DNA of 64,000 nucleotides from positions 23,092 through 87,091 of the forward strand of contig DAOUKM010000008.1 of assembly GCA_034421295.1 (NCBI GenBank), in the 5' to 3' direction. Of this stretch, positions 9,238 to 17,307 are shown piece by piece (the stretch's first letter is position 1; each line of letters starts with the position of its first letter). A program made the position numbers and the translations under genes. Source of the stretch: Dehalococcoidia bacterium. GTDB lineage: Bacteria; Chloroflexota; Dehalococcoidia; Lucifugimonadales; UBA2962. A model generated the notes under the pieces. It saw only the letters and a program-made list of their open reading frames with translations. It was not told where the DNA came from and ran no database searches.

Positions 9238-10359
9238 ATGAAGATAGGGGTGCCGACAGAGACAAAGAGCGGGGAGCGCCGCGTTGCGCTGACCCCTGAC
9301 AAGGCCGACATCCTGGTGCGGGCCGGCCACGAGGTGGCCGTCCAGAGCGGCGCCGGTGCGAAGGCGTCGTGCCCGGACGAGGAGTATGTGGCGGCAGGCG
9401 CATCGATCGTCGCCACGGCGGACGAGCTCTGGGGGCGATCGGAGATGGTGGTCAAGGTCAAGGAACCCCAGCCCGAGGAGTTCGAGCGCTTTCGCGACGG
9501 GCTGATCGTGTTCACCTATCTGCACCTGGCCCCCGAGCCGGAGCTGACGAGGCGGCTGTGCACCTCGAAGGTCGCCGGCGTCGCCTATGAGACGGTGCAG
9601 GAACTCGACGGCTCGCTGCCGCTGCTGACGCCGATGAGCGAGATAGCGGGGCGACTCTCGCCGCAGATTGCGGCCAGGCTGCTGCAGACCGACTTCGACG
9701 GTCCCGGTCGGCTGATGGGCGGAGTGCCCGGCGCCGAGTCCTGCAGGATGGTGGTCGTCGGGGGCGGAAACGTCGGCATGGCCGCCGCGCTGATCGGCAC
9801 CGCGCTGGGAGCCCGCGTGGTGGTGTTCGATAACAACCTTGAGCGCCTCAGGTACATCGAGCACATCTCCCGCAGCACGGTCAAGACGATGATGTCCACA
9901 CCCCTCACGCTGGCCGAGTTCCTGGGCAGGGCGGACGTTGCGATCGGCGCGGTGCTGGTGCCCGGGGCGAGGTCCCCCAGGGTGATCACCAGGGACATGC
10001 TCGCCGGCATGAAGGACGGTTCCCTGGTCATGGACGTTGCGATAGACCAGGGAGGCTCAGTCGAGGGAATCCGGCCGACCACGCAGGCCGATCCCACCTA
10101 TATCGACCAGGGGGTGACGCATTTTGCGGTCACCAACATCCCCGGCATGGTCGCGACCACCGCGAGCGTGGCCCTGTCCAATGCAACCTGGCGGTACATT
10201 CTCAAGCTGGCCGATGACGGAATCGAAAAGACGGTGGCTGAGGCCGGCCCCCTGTCGCTGGGGATAAACACCCTCGGTGGACACGTGGTCCATCCGGCCG
10301 TCGCAGAGTCGCTGGACCTGGAGTACGTTCCGGTGGAAGAGGCGGTCAGGCTGGCGTAG
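9238..10359 (+). CDS. ald: alanine dehydrogenase
   Basis: MKIGVPTETKSGERRVALTP N-terminus, NAD fold VVVGGGNVGMAAA, length 373 aa, SD GGAGAAG upstream. Confidence 0.9.
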   Translation: MKIGVPTETKSGERRVALTPDKADILVRAGHEVAVQSGAGAKASCPDEEYVAAGASIVATADELWGRSEMVVKVKEPQPEEFERFRDGLIVFTYLHLAPEPELTRRLCTSKVAGVAYETVQELDGSLPLLTPMSEIAGRLSPQIAARLLQTDFDGPGRLMGGVPGAESCRMVVVGGGNVGMAAALIGTALGARVVVFDNNLERLRYIEHISRSTVKTMMSTPLTLAEFLGRADVAIGAVLVPGARSPRVITRDMLAGMKDGSLVMDVAIDQGGSVEGIRPTTQADPTYIDQGVTHFAVTNIPGMVATTASVALSNATWRYILKLADDGIEKTVAEAGPLSLGINTLGGHVVHPAVAESLDLEYVPVEEAVRLA

Positions 10360-10397
10360 AGGCCGAATCGCGACGGCAACCGGCGAAGCCGTGCCGA

Positions 10398-10715
10398 TCA
10401 CTCATTGGACCAGATGCCCGTCTCGTCCCCTACGAACCGATCCAGATTGATCGCTCGCATGCGCCTGGTATAGCGCACCTTTATCGTCTCGCCGAGCCCC
10501 AGCTGGCGGTAGATGACCCCGTCGACCTCCACCGAGTCCGAGCCGAGCTCCAGGTAGAACTTTCCCGCCTCGCTGCGCTTCCCCCAGTCGTGGCCCTGGT
10601 AGATGTGGTAGGGGGGCAAAAGGTCCGTCTGCTCGTTGAACCAGCGCGAGACCAGCCTGCGCACCTTCCAGAGCGGCTGGAGAACAAAGCTGCCGGATAT
10701 GCCCGATTGACCCAA
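10398..10715 (-). CDS. hypothetical protein (105 aa)
   Basis: The ORF has coding-like composition and sits 45 nt downstream of the thioredoxin-fold gene on the same strand. TTG start. I recognise no family. Confidence 0.5.
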   Translation of the reverse strand: MGQSGISGSFVLQPLWKVRRLVSRWFNEQTDLLPPYHIYQGHDWGKRSEAGKFYLELGSDSVEVDGVIYRQLGLGETIKVRYTRRMRAINLDRFVGDETGIWSNE

Positions 10716-10760
10716 TCGCAGACCCTTGTCAGACCGTCGTCAGGGTTGCCACCCGATCCT

Positions 10761-11729
10761 TCAAAAGAGCCTGGTCAATTCACGTTCGATCTCCGAGAAG
10801 GTGGCGAAGGCCTCAAAGCGCGCCGACACCCTGCCCTCCCCATCTATCACGAACGTCCACTCGTTGCTCGGCAGGTTCCAGTCCCAGACCGCCTGGGAAA
10901 TCACCGCCTGATCAAGGTCGCCCTGAATCTCGTGGGGATTATCGTACAGGTCGACGTGAACGAAGTTGGCCCTTTCGCCGTACGTCTCCTGCAGTTCGCT
11001 GAGCACCTCGACCTGCGGACCGCAGACCGCATTTATACAGAAGGCCGGGCTCGCGAACACTACGACCACGGGCCGATCGTCGTCGATCGCATCGGCCAGC
11101 GAGACCCGGTAAAGGTCCGGGTTGTAAAGCGAGCCCGTGGTCAGCTCGGCCGGGCTTGCCACGTCCGCCGCGATCCTGGTCACACTCCGAACCGCCCTCT
11201 CACCCACCCCGGGCGCGGAGGTGTCCCCGGCCACATCGAAGGTAAGCTCGACGATCTCCACGCCTCCGTCCCCGGCGGGGGCCTCTATCGCCAGTCGATG
11301 GGTTCCCGACGCCTGAAACTCCACGAAGGTCGTATACAGGCCGCGAGACCCCACCGGCCAGGGCTGGTAGGCGGCGTCCAGGGGCCCGGCGACCTCCCGC
11401 TCTGCGCCGGGCCCGCCGGCATACAGCGTCACCCGCACGATGGGCTCACTGACAACCCCGCGCGGAGAGATCAGCACGAATCCCAGCCGATGGCGTCCGG
11501 GACTCAGATCGTCGGTGCCCAGTATGGCCTGAAATCCTCCCTCCGTCGTGGGGCCCTCGATCAGCTGGTGATCGTCGGGACGGGGACGGTCGGCGGCCGG
11601 CGAGCCGCCACCGCAGGAGACGACCAGGCCCACGGCGGCAGCGACGAGCAGCCCCGTTGCGACGGCACGGACCGAGGATATGGAGGTGCCGGCCCCGGAC
11701 CCGGGTGTTCTACAGGTTCTTGAAGACAC
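10761..11729 (-). CDS. thioredoxin-fold lipoprotein with an N-terminal beta-sandwich-like domain
   Basis: Signal peptide and lipobox-like LVVSCGGG. The C-terminal thioredoxin-like region has SPAFCINAVCGPQ. Start is uncertain: GTG at 11729 (20-nt overlap with the upstream gene) or GTG at 11792 (83-nt overlap). There is no ATG option. Confidence 0.75.
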   Translation of the reverse strand: MSSRTCRTPGSGAGTSISSVRAVATGLLVAAAVGLVVSCGGGSPAADRPRPDDHQLIEGPTTEGGFQAILGTDDLSPGRHRLGFVLISPRGVVSEPIVRVTLYAGGPGAEREVAGPLDAAYQPWPVGSRGLYTTFVEFQASGTHRLAIEAPAGDGGVEIVELTFDVAGDTSAPGVGERAVRSVTRIAADVASPAELTTGSLYNPDLYRVSLADAIDDDRPVVVVFASPAFCINAVCGPQVEVLSELQETYGERANFVHVDLYDNPHEIQGDLDQAVISQAVWDWNLPSNEWTFVIDGEGRVSARFEAFATFSEIERELTRLF

Positions 11730-13116
11730 CGAATGTGAACGCGAAGAACTCGAAGTGGTCCGAGTTTGACGCCAGCTTGAGTTCGTATCCACCGTACTCA
11801 GGGGTCCTGGCGACGCGGTACATCCGGTCCTCGTTCACGAGCAGGTAGCTGTTGCCCTCATCGTCCCACATCACGTCCTCGCCGGCGTGGTCTGCGGGTA
11901 TGGGGCCACCATCGATCGTAACGCGTACCTCGTAGAAATCCCCGGACTCCGGCAGGCCCAGGACTATGTTGGCGCTGGTTCCATAGAACTTGATGGCCAC
12001 ATAGTCCTCGTAGGCCTCGGTCGTTCTGGCGTGCCTGAGGCTCTCGGGTCCGTTGAGCCACAGGCCGTTCAGATAGATGAAGTGGTTCTCGTGCACCCCG
12101 GGGTCCGCGTACTCGAGCGCCATATCCTGCCTAGCGTAGTACTGCTCGTGACGCACGTAGGGGGGTTGGCCGCCGAAGCGCAGGGCGCTGTAGTTGCGCT
12201 CGGTGCCGGCGTAAAGCTCCCTTGTGACCGACATCTGGGGATCATCTATGCGAAGCGCCGCCTCCTCGTAGTCCCTGGTCGGCAGGATCTCAGAGTCGTC
12301 CATGCTGACCTGCCCGCCGTTCTCGGCGAGAAGTTCCCTGATCTTCAGCTCCGTCTCCTCGTAGGCCCCCTCCCCGAAGTGCGCGTATCGAATGTAGCCG
12401 TCACGATCGATCAGGTACTTCGCAGGCCAGTAGCGGTTGTTGTAGTTGCGCCATGTCCCGAAGTCGTTGTCCTGGACGATGCGGTACTCAAGGCCGAACT
12501 CTGCGGCCGCCTGCTCGACATTGGCCCGCTCCTTCTCAAAGGCGAACTCGGGCGAGTGCACACCGACTATCGCAAGGCCGTCGGCGGCGTACTTTGCGTG
12601 CCAGTCCTTCAGGTAAGGAAGGGTGCGAATGCAGTTGATGCAGGTGTAGGTCCAAAAGTCGATCAGAATCACCTGGCCGTCCAGGTCTTCCAGCGTGAAC
12701 GGCTCGGCGTTGATGAAGCCGGAAGGATTCTTGATGTCGGGCCGGAACAGCTCGTTCCCCAGCCTGTTGAGGGCTGCCAGATTGTCCGGGTTGGCATCCG
12801 CCGGGGCCAGGGTGTCCTCTGCGGCCTGGTCGTCGCCATCGGCCACCTCGCCCGATCCCGTGGTCCCGTCCCCCAGGGCCTCGTCGATGAATCCCTCCAG
12901 CGTGTTAGTTGCAGTCCTGTCGGCGGGCGGTGATTCGTCTCCGCCGCAGGAGGCCGCCCCCGCGAGCAGGAGGGCCGCCAGCACGGTGACAACGGCCGCA
13001 AGAATCCCGCCTGGCAGGTGCGACCCGCCCAGGCCCTCAGCGCGAACGATCCCCCGAACGATCCTAGGTGACGATTGGTGTGTCCTCACGGTTCCCCCAC
13101 TCTCGGAATGAGCCAT
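11710..13116 (-). CDS. DipZ C-terminal-like thiol:disulfide oxidoreductase (TlpA/ResA-type thioredoxin domain plus C-terminal beta-sandwich), probable lipoprotein
   Basis: [16 protein letters not shown] CxxC motif, AhpC/TSA-like fold ([24 protein letters not shown]), and a C-terminal ...FEFFAFTFG tail typical of DipZ-like proteins. Signal [14 protein letters not shown] at 13116 with AGGA 6 nt upstream; GTG at 13089 is an alternative. Confidence 0.85.
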   Translation of the reverse strand: MAHSESGGTVRTHQSSPRIVRGIVRAEGLGGSHLPGGILAAVVTVLAALLLAGAASCGGDESPPADRTATNTLEGFIDEALGDGTTGSGEVADGDDQAAEDTLAPADANPDNLAALNRLGNELFRPDIKNPSGFINAEPFTLEDLDGQVILIDFWTYTCINCIRTLPYLKDWHAKYAADGLAIVGVHSPEFAFEKERANVEQAAAEFGLEYRIVQDNDFGTWRNYNNRYWPAKYLIDRDGYIRYAHFGEGAYEETELKIRELLAENGGQVSMDDSEILPTRDYEEAALRIDDPQMSVTRELYAGTERNYSALRFGGQPPYVRHEQYYARQDMALEYADPGVHENHFIYLNGLWLNGPESLRHARTTEAYEDYVAIKFYGTSANIVLGLPESGDFYEVRVTIDGGPIPADHAGEDVMWDDEGNSYLLVNEDRMYRVARTPEYGGYELKLASNSDHFEFFAFTFGVFKNL

Positions 13117-13924
13117 CGTAGTTCCTGACCTTGTCGTAGCCCAGAAGGGTAAGGGTGAACATGCCGTGCGCCGCACGGATGCCGCCCTGTCAGTACGTTG
13201 TGATCCTCTTGTCCGGGGCGGCTCCCACAGCCTCGAGCTTGCTGCGAAGCTCGGAGGCATGCCTGAACTCCTTGACATCGTCGTCGGTAACGAACTCCAG
13301 CCATTCCAGGTGCTTGGCTCCCGGCATGCGGCCGGCGCGGGCGTTGCCTCTGTCGTTCTCCCCGGTGTACTCCCCTACTGACCTTACGTCCAGCAGGACT
13401 TCGCCGGATTCGCCGCCGGCACCCGTGCCCTCCCCTATGCACTCGCGCATGATCTGATCGGCGGTGGCTATGAGTGATGGATTCGGATCAGGGCTGAACT
13501 CTGCGGGCGTGATCTCGGGCCTGGCGTCGGCGATCGGCCGCCTCTCTCGCAGCCACTTGCGCCAGCCGCCGTCCAGCACCTTCACCCGATCATGGCCGTA
13601 GTAGGTCAGCGCCCACCAGAGCCTGGTCGCCCACAGGCTTCCGAAGTCGTCGTAGGCCACGACAAGCGTGTCATTGCCGATCCCCAGCTCGCTCATCTCC
13701 TTAGCGAACTGCTCGGGCGTATCGATGAAGGTACGGTCGCTCGTCGGGTCCTTGAAGTAGTGGTCGCGCCGGACGCCGACGGCGCCCGGGATGTGTGCAC
13801 GCGTGTAAGACTCCCAGAACCCCGTGTCGACTATGCGTATGCCCGGCTCCAGCAGGTGGCGCTCGAGCCAGTCGGTGTCGGCCAACAGCTCGGGCCTGGA
13901 GTATCCCTTTTCTGTGACGCCCAT
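13064..13924 (-). CDS. two-domain rhodanese (thiosulfate/3-mercaptopyruvate sulfurtransferase family) with in-frame TGA at the catalytic Cys position; candidate selenoprotein
   Basis: ORF 13190..13948 ends ...DKRITTY-TGA. The same frame continues [41 protein letters not shown] to TAG at 13066-13064. That completes the C-x-x-G-x-R active-site loop and the conserved NYDGSxxEWG end. ATG at 13924 has GGGGGG 8 nt upstream. A hairpin follows the TGA (next feature). Confidence 0.75.
13158..13183 (-). promoter_or_regulatory. SECIS-like stem-loop downstream of the in-frame UGA
   Basis: mRNA sense: UGA CAGGGCG-GCAU-CCGUGC-GGC-GCACGG-C-AUGU. The upper stem is 6 perfect bp (13178-13173 with 13169-13164) and the loop is G-rich. 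The lower stem is 4-5 bp with one bulged C. The upper stem starts 11 nt after UGA and the loop about 17 nt after it. Confidence 0.55.
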
Positions 13925-14016
13925 GTTTGCATCCCCCCGTGCCGTCATTTTCTGCTAACGGGCGCTCTGCGCCAGCTCTGAGCGACGGCCCTACAGTGGA
14001 TGTTAGCACCGGTATA

Positions 14017-14838
14017 ATGGCCGTCGTCATGGGCGGAGAACTGGCCGGCCGCGTCGCCATCGTCACGGGAGCCAGCCGTGGCATAGGCCGTGCCATCGCC
14101 CTGTCTTACGCCGAGAGGGGAGCCGACGTCGCGCTCGCGGCCCGCGCATCATCCGATCTGGAATCCGCCGCCGAGGCCGTGCGTGCAGCCGGTCGCCGGC
14201 CCCTTGCGGTGCCTACCGACGTGGCCGACTCCGCGCAGGTCGACGAGATGGTCTCCCGGACGATCGCCGATCTGGGCGGCGCCGACATACTCGTCAACAA
14301 CGCCGGCTCCTTCAAGGAGCTTGCCACCGTCCCTTTCCCCGACAGGGTTCTTAAGCCGCCGTCGGTCATGCGCGATAGCTCGGTGCGCATGACCGATGAG
14401 GAGTTCAGGCAGATCATCGACACCAACATCGGAGGGGTCTTCTACGGCTGCAGGGCGGTGGCGCCCCACATGATGGAGCGGGGGTACGGCAAGATCATCA
14501 ACATCAGCTCGGTGGCCGCAACCAGGGCGTTTAGGCTCGAGGCCGTTTACGATGCCTCCAAGGCGGCGGTGAGCATGCTCACGCGCTGCCTGGCCCTTGA
14601 GTGGGCCCCGTACGGCATCCGCGTAAACGCCCTGGCCCCCGGCGACTACAACACCGCGATGACCGCTGAGGCGTGGGCAGACCCGGTGCGCAGGCAGGCC
14701 TACCTAGAGACCATACCCCTCGGCGCAGAGGGAGACATGGACGGCCTGACCGCCCTGGCCACGTTCCTGGCGAGTTCGGACTCCGACTACATCACGGGCC
14801 AGACCATAAACATCGACGGCGGCCTGTCGGCCCAGTAA
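14017..14838 (+). CDS. SDR-family oxidoreductase (FabG-like)
   Basis: VAIVTGASRGIGRAIAL cofactor motif, NNAG, and catalytic YxxxK (YDASKAAV). ATG at 14017 or 14029; the ORF-track start at 13927 is rejected as a non-homologous extension. Confidence 0.9.
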   Translation: MAVVMGGELAGRVAIVTGASRGIGRAIALSYAERGADVALAARASSDLESAAEAVRAAGRRPLAVPTDVADSAQVDEMVSRTIADLGGADILVNNAGSFKELATVPFPDRVLKPPSVMRDSSVRMTDEEFRQIIDTNIGGVFYGCRAVAPHMMERGYGKIINISSVAATRAFRLEAVYDASKAAVSMLTRCLALEWAPYGIRVNALAPGDYNTAMTAEAWADPVRRQAYLETIPLGAEGDMDGLTALATFLASSDSDYITGQTINIDGGLSAQ

Positions 14839-15142
14839 CGAGCCGGTCACCCCGATCCGGGACCACGATCGGCGATCCCCGGCCACCGGGCCCGGCTGAC
14901 CCTCCCGGGAGCCATGTAGTACCATTCCGCGCCAGTACCTACACCGGAGGGGCTGCTTGGGACCGGGCACACGCCCTTCACCGCACGGGCATCCCGACTA
15001 TTGAGGCTCCAGGGTGAGGCACGTTCCACGGAATGGTCGCAACAGCAGGCCTGAAGCGGCATCAGTGCAGCGGGGCTGAAGGGGCTGAATTGACGGCGGC
15101 GGAGCAACAGCTCGAAACGGTCGCCTTTATGGGAGGGGCAAG

Positions 15143-15529
15143 ATGGAATCCGACAGTCTAGACGGCCAGGCTAATGCTGAGGTGAAGGGGCTGGCCATTC
15201 AGGCTGAGCAGGCGGACGGTGTATTGATTGCAAGGCTCGACGGGCGCATTGACGGCCAGAACGCCCAGGATTTTCAGAGAGCCCTGGAAGGCTTGCTGGC
15301 CGACAAGGAGGTCAATCTGCTGCTGGACCTGGCGCAGGTTTCCTTCCTGAGTAGCGCCGGCCTGGGGGTTCTCCTGTCCATTGCGCGACAGCTGCACAAA
15401 AGGGCCGGGAAGATTGCCGTGTGCTCACTGTCAGACTCGATCCGCGGGGTCTTCCTCATCAGCGGCTTTCACAAGATCATTCCCACCCACGCCGACCAGC
15501 GCGACGCTATCGCAGCGATCAGCCAGTAG
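15143..15529 (+). CDS. STAS-domain protein (anti-sigma-factor antagonist, SpoIIAA-like)
   Basis: LDLAQVSFLSSAGLGVLLSIARQL core with the conserved Ser, 128 aa, SD GGGAGGGG upstream. No partner kinase or phosphatase lies adjacent. Confidence 0.8.
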   Translation: MESDSLDGQANAEVKGLAIQAEQADGVLIARLDGRIDGQNAQDFQRALEGLLADKEVNLLLDLAQVSFLSSAGLGVLLSIARQLHKRAGKIAVCSLSDSIRGVFLISGFHKIIPTHADQRDAIAAISQ

Positions 15530-15762
15530 GCATATCTGTCACAGTTGGCCCGGCCTCAAGTTCCTACGGCGCGGCTGAATATCCACCGCGGGCTCAAGCC
15601 CAGAGCCGGCCCGGGAGACGCACGCTCCGGACCGGACTGAGTGCAGCGGGTTCCGGCTGCAGCGCATTTCGGCGAGACGACTACATTGAATGCAGGGCCA
15701 GCACATCGCCTGAACCGCGTGAGTCCTGAAGGTGTGCCGGGCCACCCTGCTGAGCTGCTTCC

Positions 15763-17163
15763 ATGGTGAGAAACAAGGGCGGGATCGCCGGCCAGGGCGG
15801 GGTTATTCCCAGGCGAATCGCCATAGTTGGCGGAGGAATTTCAGGTCTGGGCGCCGCGTGGGCGCTGCATCATCACCCGGACCGTTTTGACTTTCGCCTC
15901 TTCGAGGCACACGAACAGGTCGGCGGCAATGCGATCACAGCCGACATGCCTCAGGATGACGGGAGCTCGATTCCCTTCGACATCTCCGTAACGGCCTGCA
16001 TCCCGTCCGTTTACCATCACATCCTGCTGCTGATGAACAGATTCGGCATCGAACTGGTCGACACCAGATTCAGCTACAGCGTCAAGTACGGCGGACAGGT
16101 CTACGCCCACGATTTCGATTCCGAAATCGCCGACCAGCTGCAATCTGAGATCGCCAGGTTCCAGCGGATCCTGAGGCGGCTGCGCCGGTTTGGCTGGCTC
16201 ACGCGCTCACGCTCCAGGCTCCTTAACGCCCTCAACCCCTTCAACTACATCAGCATGGGGACGGTCCTGAATGCAGGTGGGTTCTCCGGGGAGTTCAGGT
16301 ACAAGGTCCTTAAGCCGATGTTCGTCAATTTCCTGATGGCAACGAACGTTTTCGACATGCCCGCAGCTCTCTTCGCCAGGTATCTGGAGTTCTTCGATAT
16401 CGAGACCGCCACCCCCATGCAGACGTGGGACCAGGGAACGCGGCGCATCTACGAGAACCTGACGGCCAACTTTCGGGACAGGATCTACCTCAACCGGCCC
16501 GTCCGAAAGGTGTACAGGAGGGCGTCCTGCGTTGTGGTCGAGGATGAGGAGGGCGTACAGGAGACGTTCGACGACGTCATCTTCGCATGCAATGCGAACC
16601 AGACCCTGATGATCCTCGATAGGCCGACGCTCCTTGAGAGATATATCCTCTCATCGATCCGCTACGAGAGCGAACTCCACAGCCACACGGTCGTCCACTC
16701 CGACTCGTCCGTCCTTCCGGACAACGAGGCAAAGCCCCTTGCAACGCGGAGCAATCATATCGAGCAGTACGGTCCGAGGCCGGACAACTACGAGATCACG
16801 TACATCATGCACAACCAGCAGCCATGGGTTAACCGGTCCGACAAGCCGTGCCTTGTGACCTACAACCCGAACAGTCCCATCGACGAACAGAAGATAGTCA
16901 AAAGGTGGTGGTTTCAGCACATCGTCCATGACGTGCGCCACGTCACCTTGCTCGTCAGCCTGTTTCGCTTCATCCAGGGCAAGAGAAGAACGTGGCACTG
17001 CGGCGCCCACACGCTGATCAACAGCCAGGAGACCTGCTTTGTTACCGGGCTCGCCGCAGCAAGGCAGCTGGGCGCAGACTATCCCTTCGACGATCAGGCG
17101 GCCAGAAGGTGGTTCAACTACTACGGGAGCATCTTGTACGGCCTGAGATTCAGGAAGGCGTAA
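15763..17163 (+). CDS. NAD(P)/FAD-dependent oxidoreductase (COG2907-like flavin amine-oxidase fold)
   Basis: RIAIVGGGISGLGAAWAL dinucleotide fold followed by FEAHEQVGGN. Length is about 466 aa. Its codons are visibly more A/T-rich than those of neighbouring genes. Confidence 0.75.
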   Translation: MVRNKGGIAGQGGVIPRRIAIVGGGISGLGAAWALHHHPDRFDFRLFEAHEQVGGNAITADMPQDDGSSIPFDISVTACIPSVYHHILLLMNRFGIELVDTRFSYSVKYGGQVYAHDFDSEIADQLQSEIARFQRILRRLRRFGWLTRSRSRLLNALNPFNYISMGTVLNAGGFSGEFRYKVLKPMFVNFLMATNVFDMPAALFARYLEFFDIETATPMQTWDQGTRRIYENLTANFRDRIYLNRPVRKVYRRASCVVVEDEEGVQETFDDVIFACNANQTLMILDRPTLLERYILSSIRYESELHSHTVVHSDSSVLPDNEAKPLATRSNHIEQYGPRPDNYEITYIMHNQQPWVNRSDKPCLVTYNPNSPIDEQKIVKRWWFQHIVHDVRHVTLLVSLFRFIQGKRRTWHCGAHTLINSQETCFVTGLAAARQLGADYPFDDQAARRWFNYYGSILYGLRFRKA

Positions 17164-17307
17164 TCCCGGCTGAGATCGGGGCTCCCTGCGGACCGGCCTT
17201 CGCAGGTCCACTCCGCTTGCGGGAGCCAGCGCCGACGCGGCCCGACCGCTCCCACCACGATGGCCTGACGGCAGTGCGGGCCCTCGCCCTGCGGCCGGGT
17301 CCCCCAG

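Noticed and set aside
10716-10763. Possible read-through of the TGA ending the thioredoxin-fold gene (a second Sec candidate)
   Set aside because: The frame after the TGA hits another stop after six codons (RIGWQP-TGA). The protein is already complete at ...ERELTRLF.
13117-13278. N-terminal extension of the DipZ-like ORF
   Set aside because: These 54 codons lie upstream of the signal peptide, are low-complexity, and overlap the conserved C-terminal coding region of the rhodanese in another frame.
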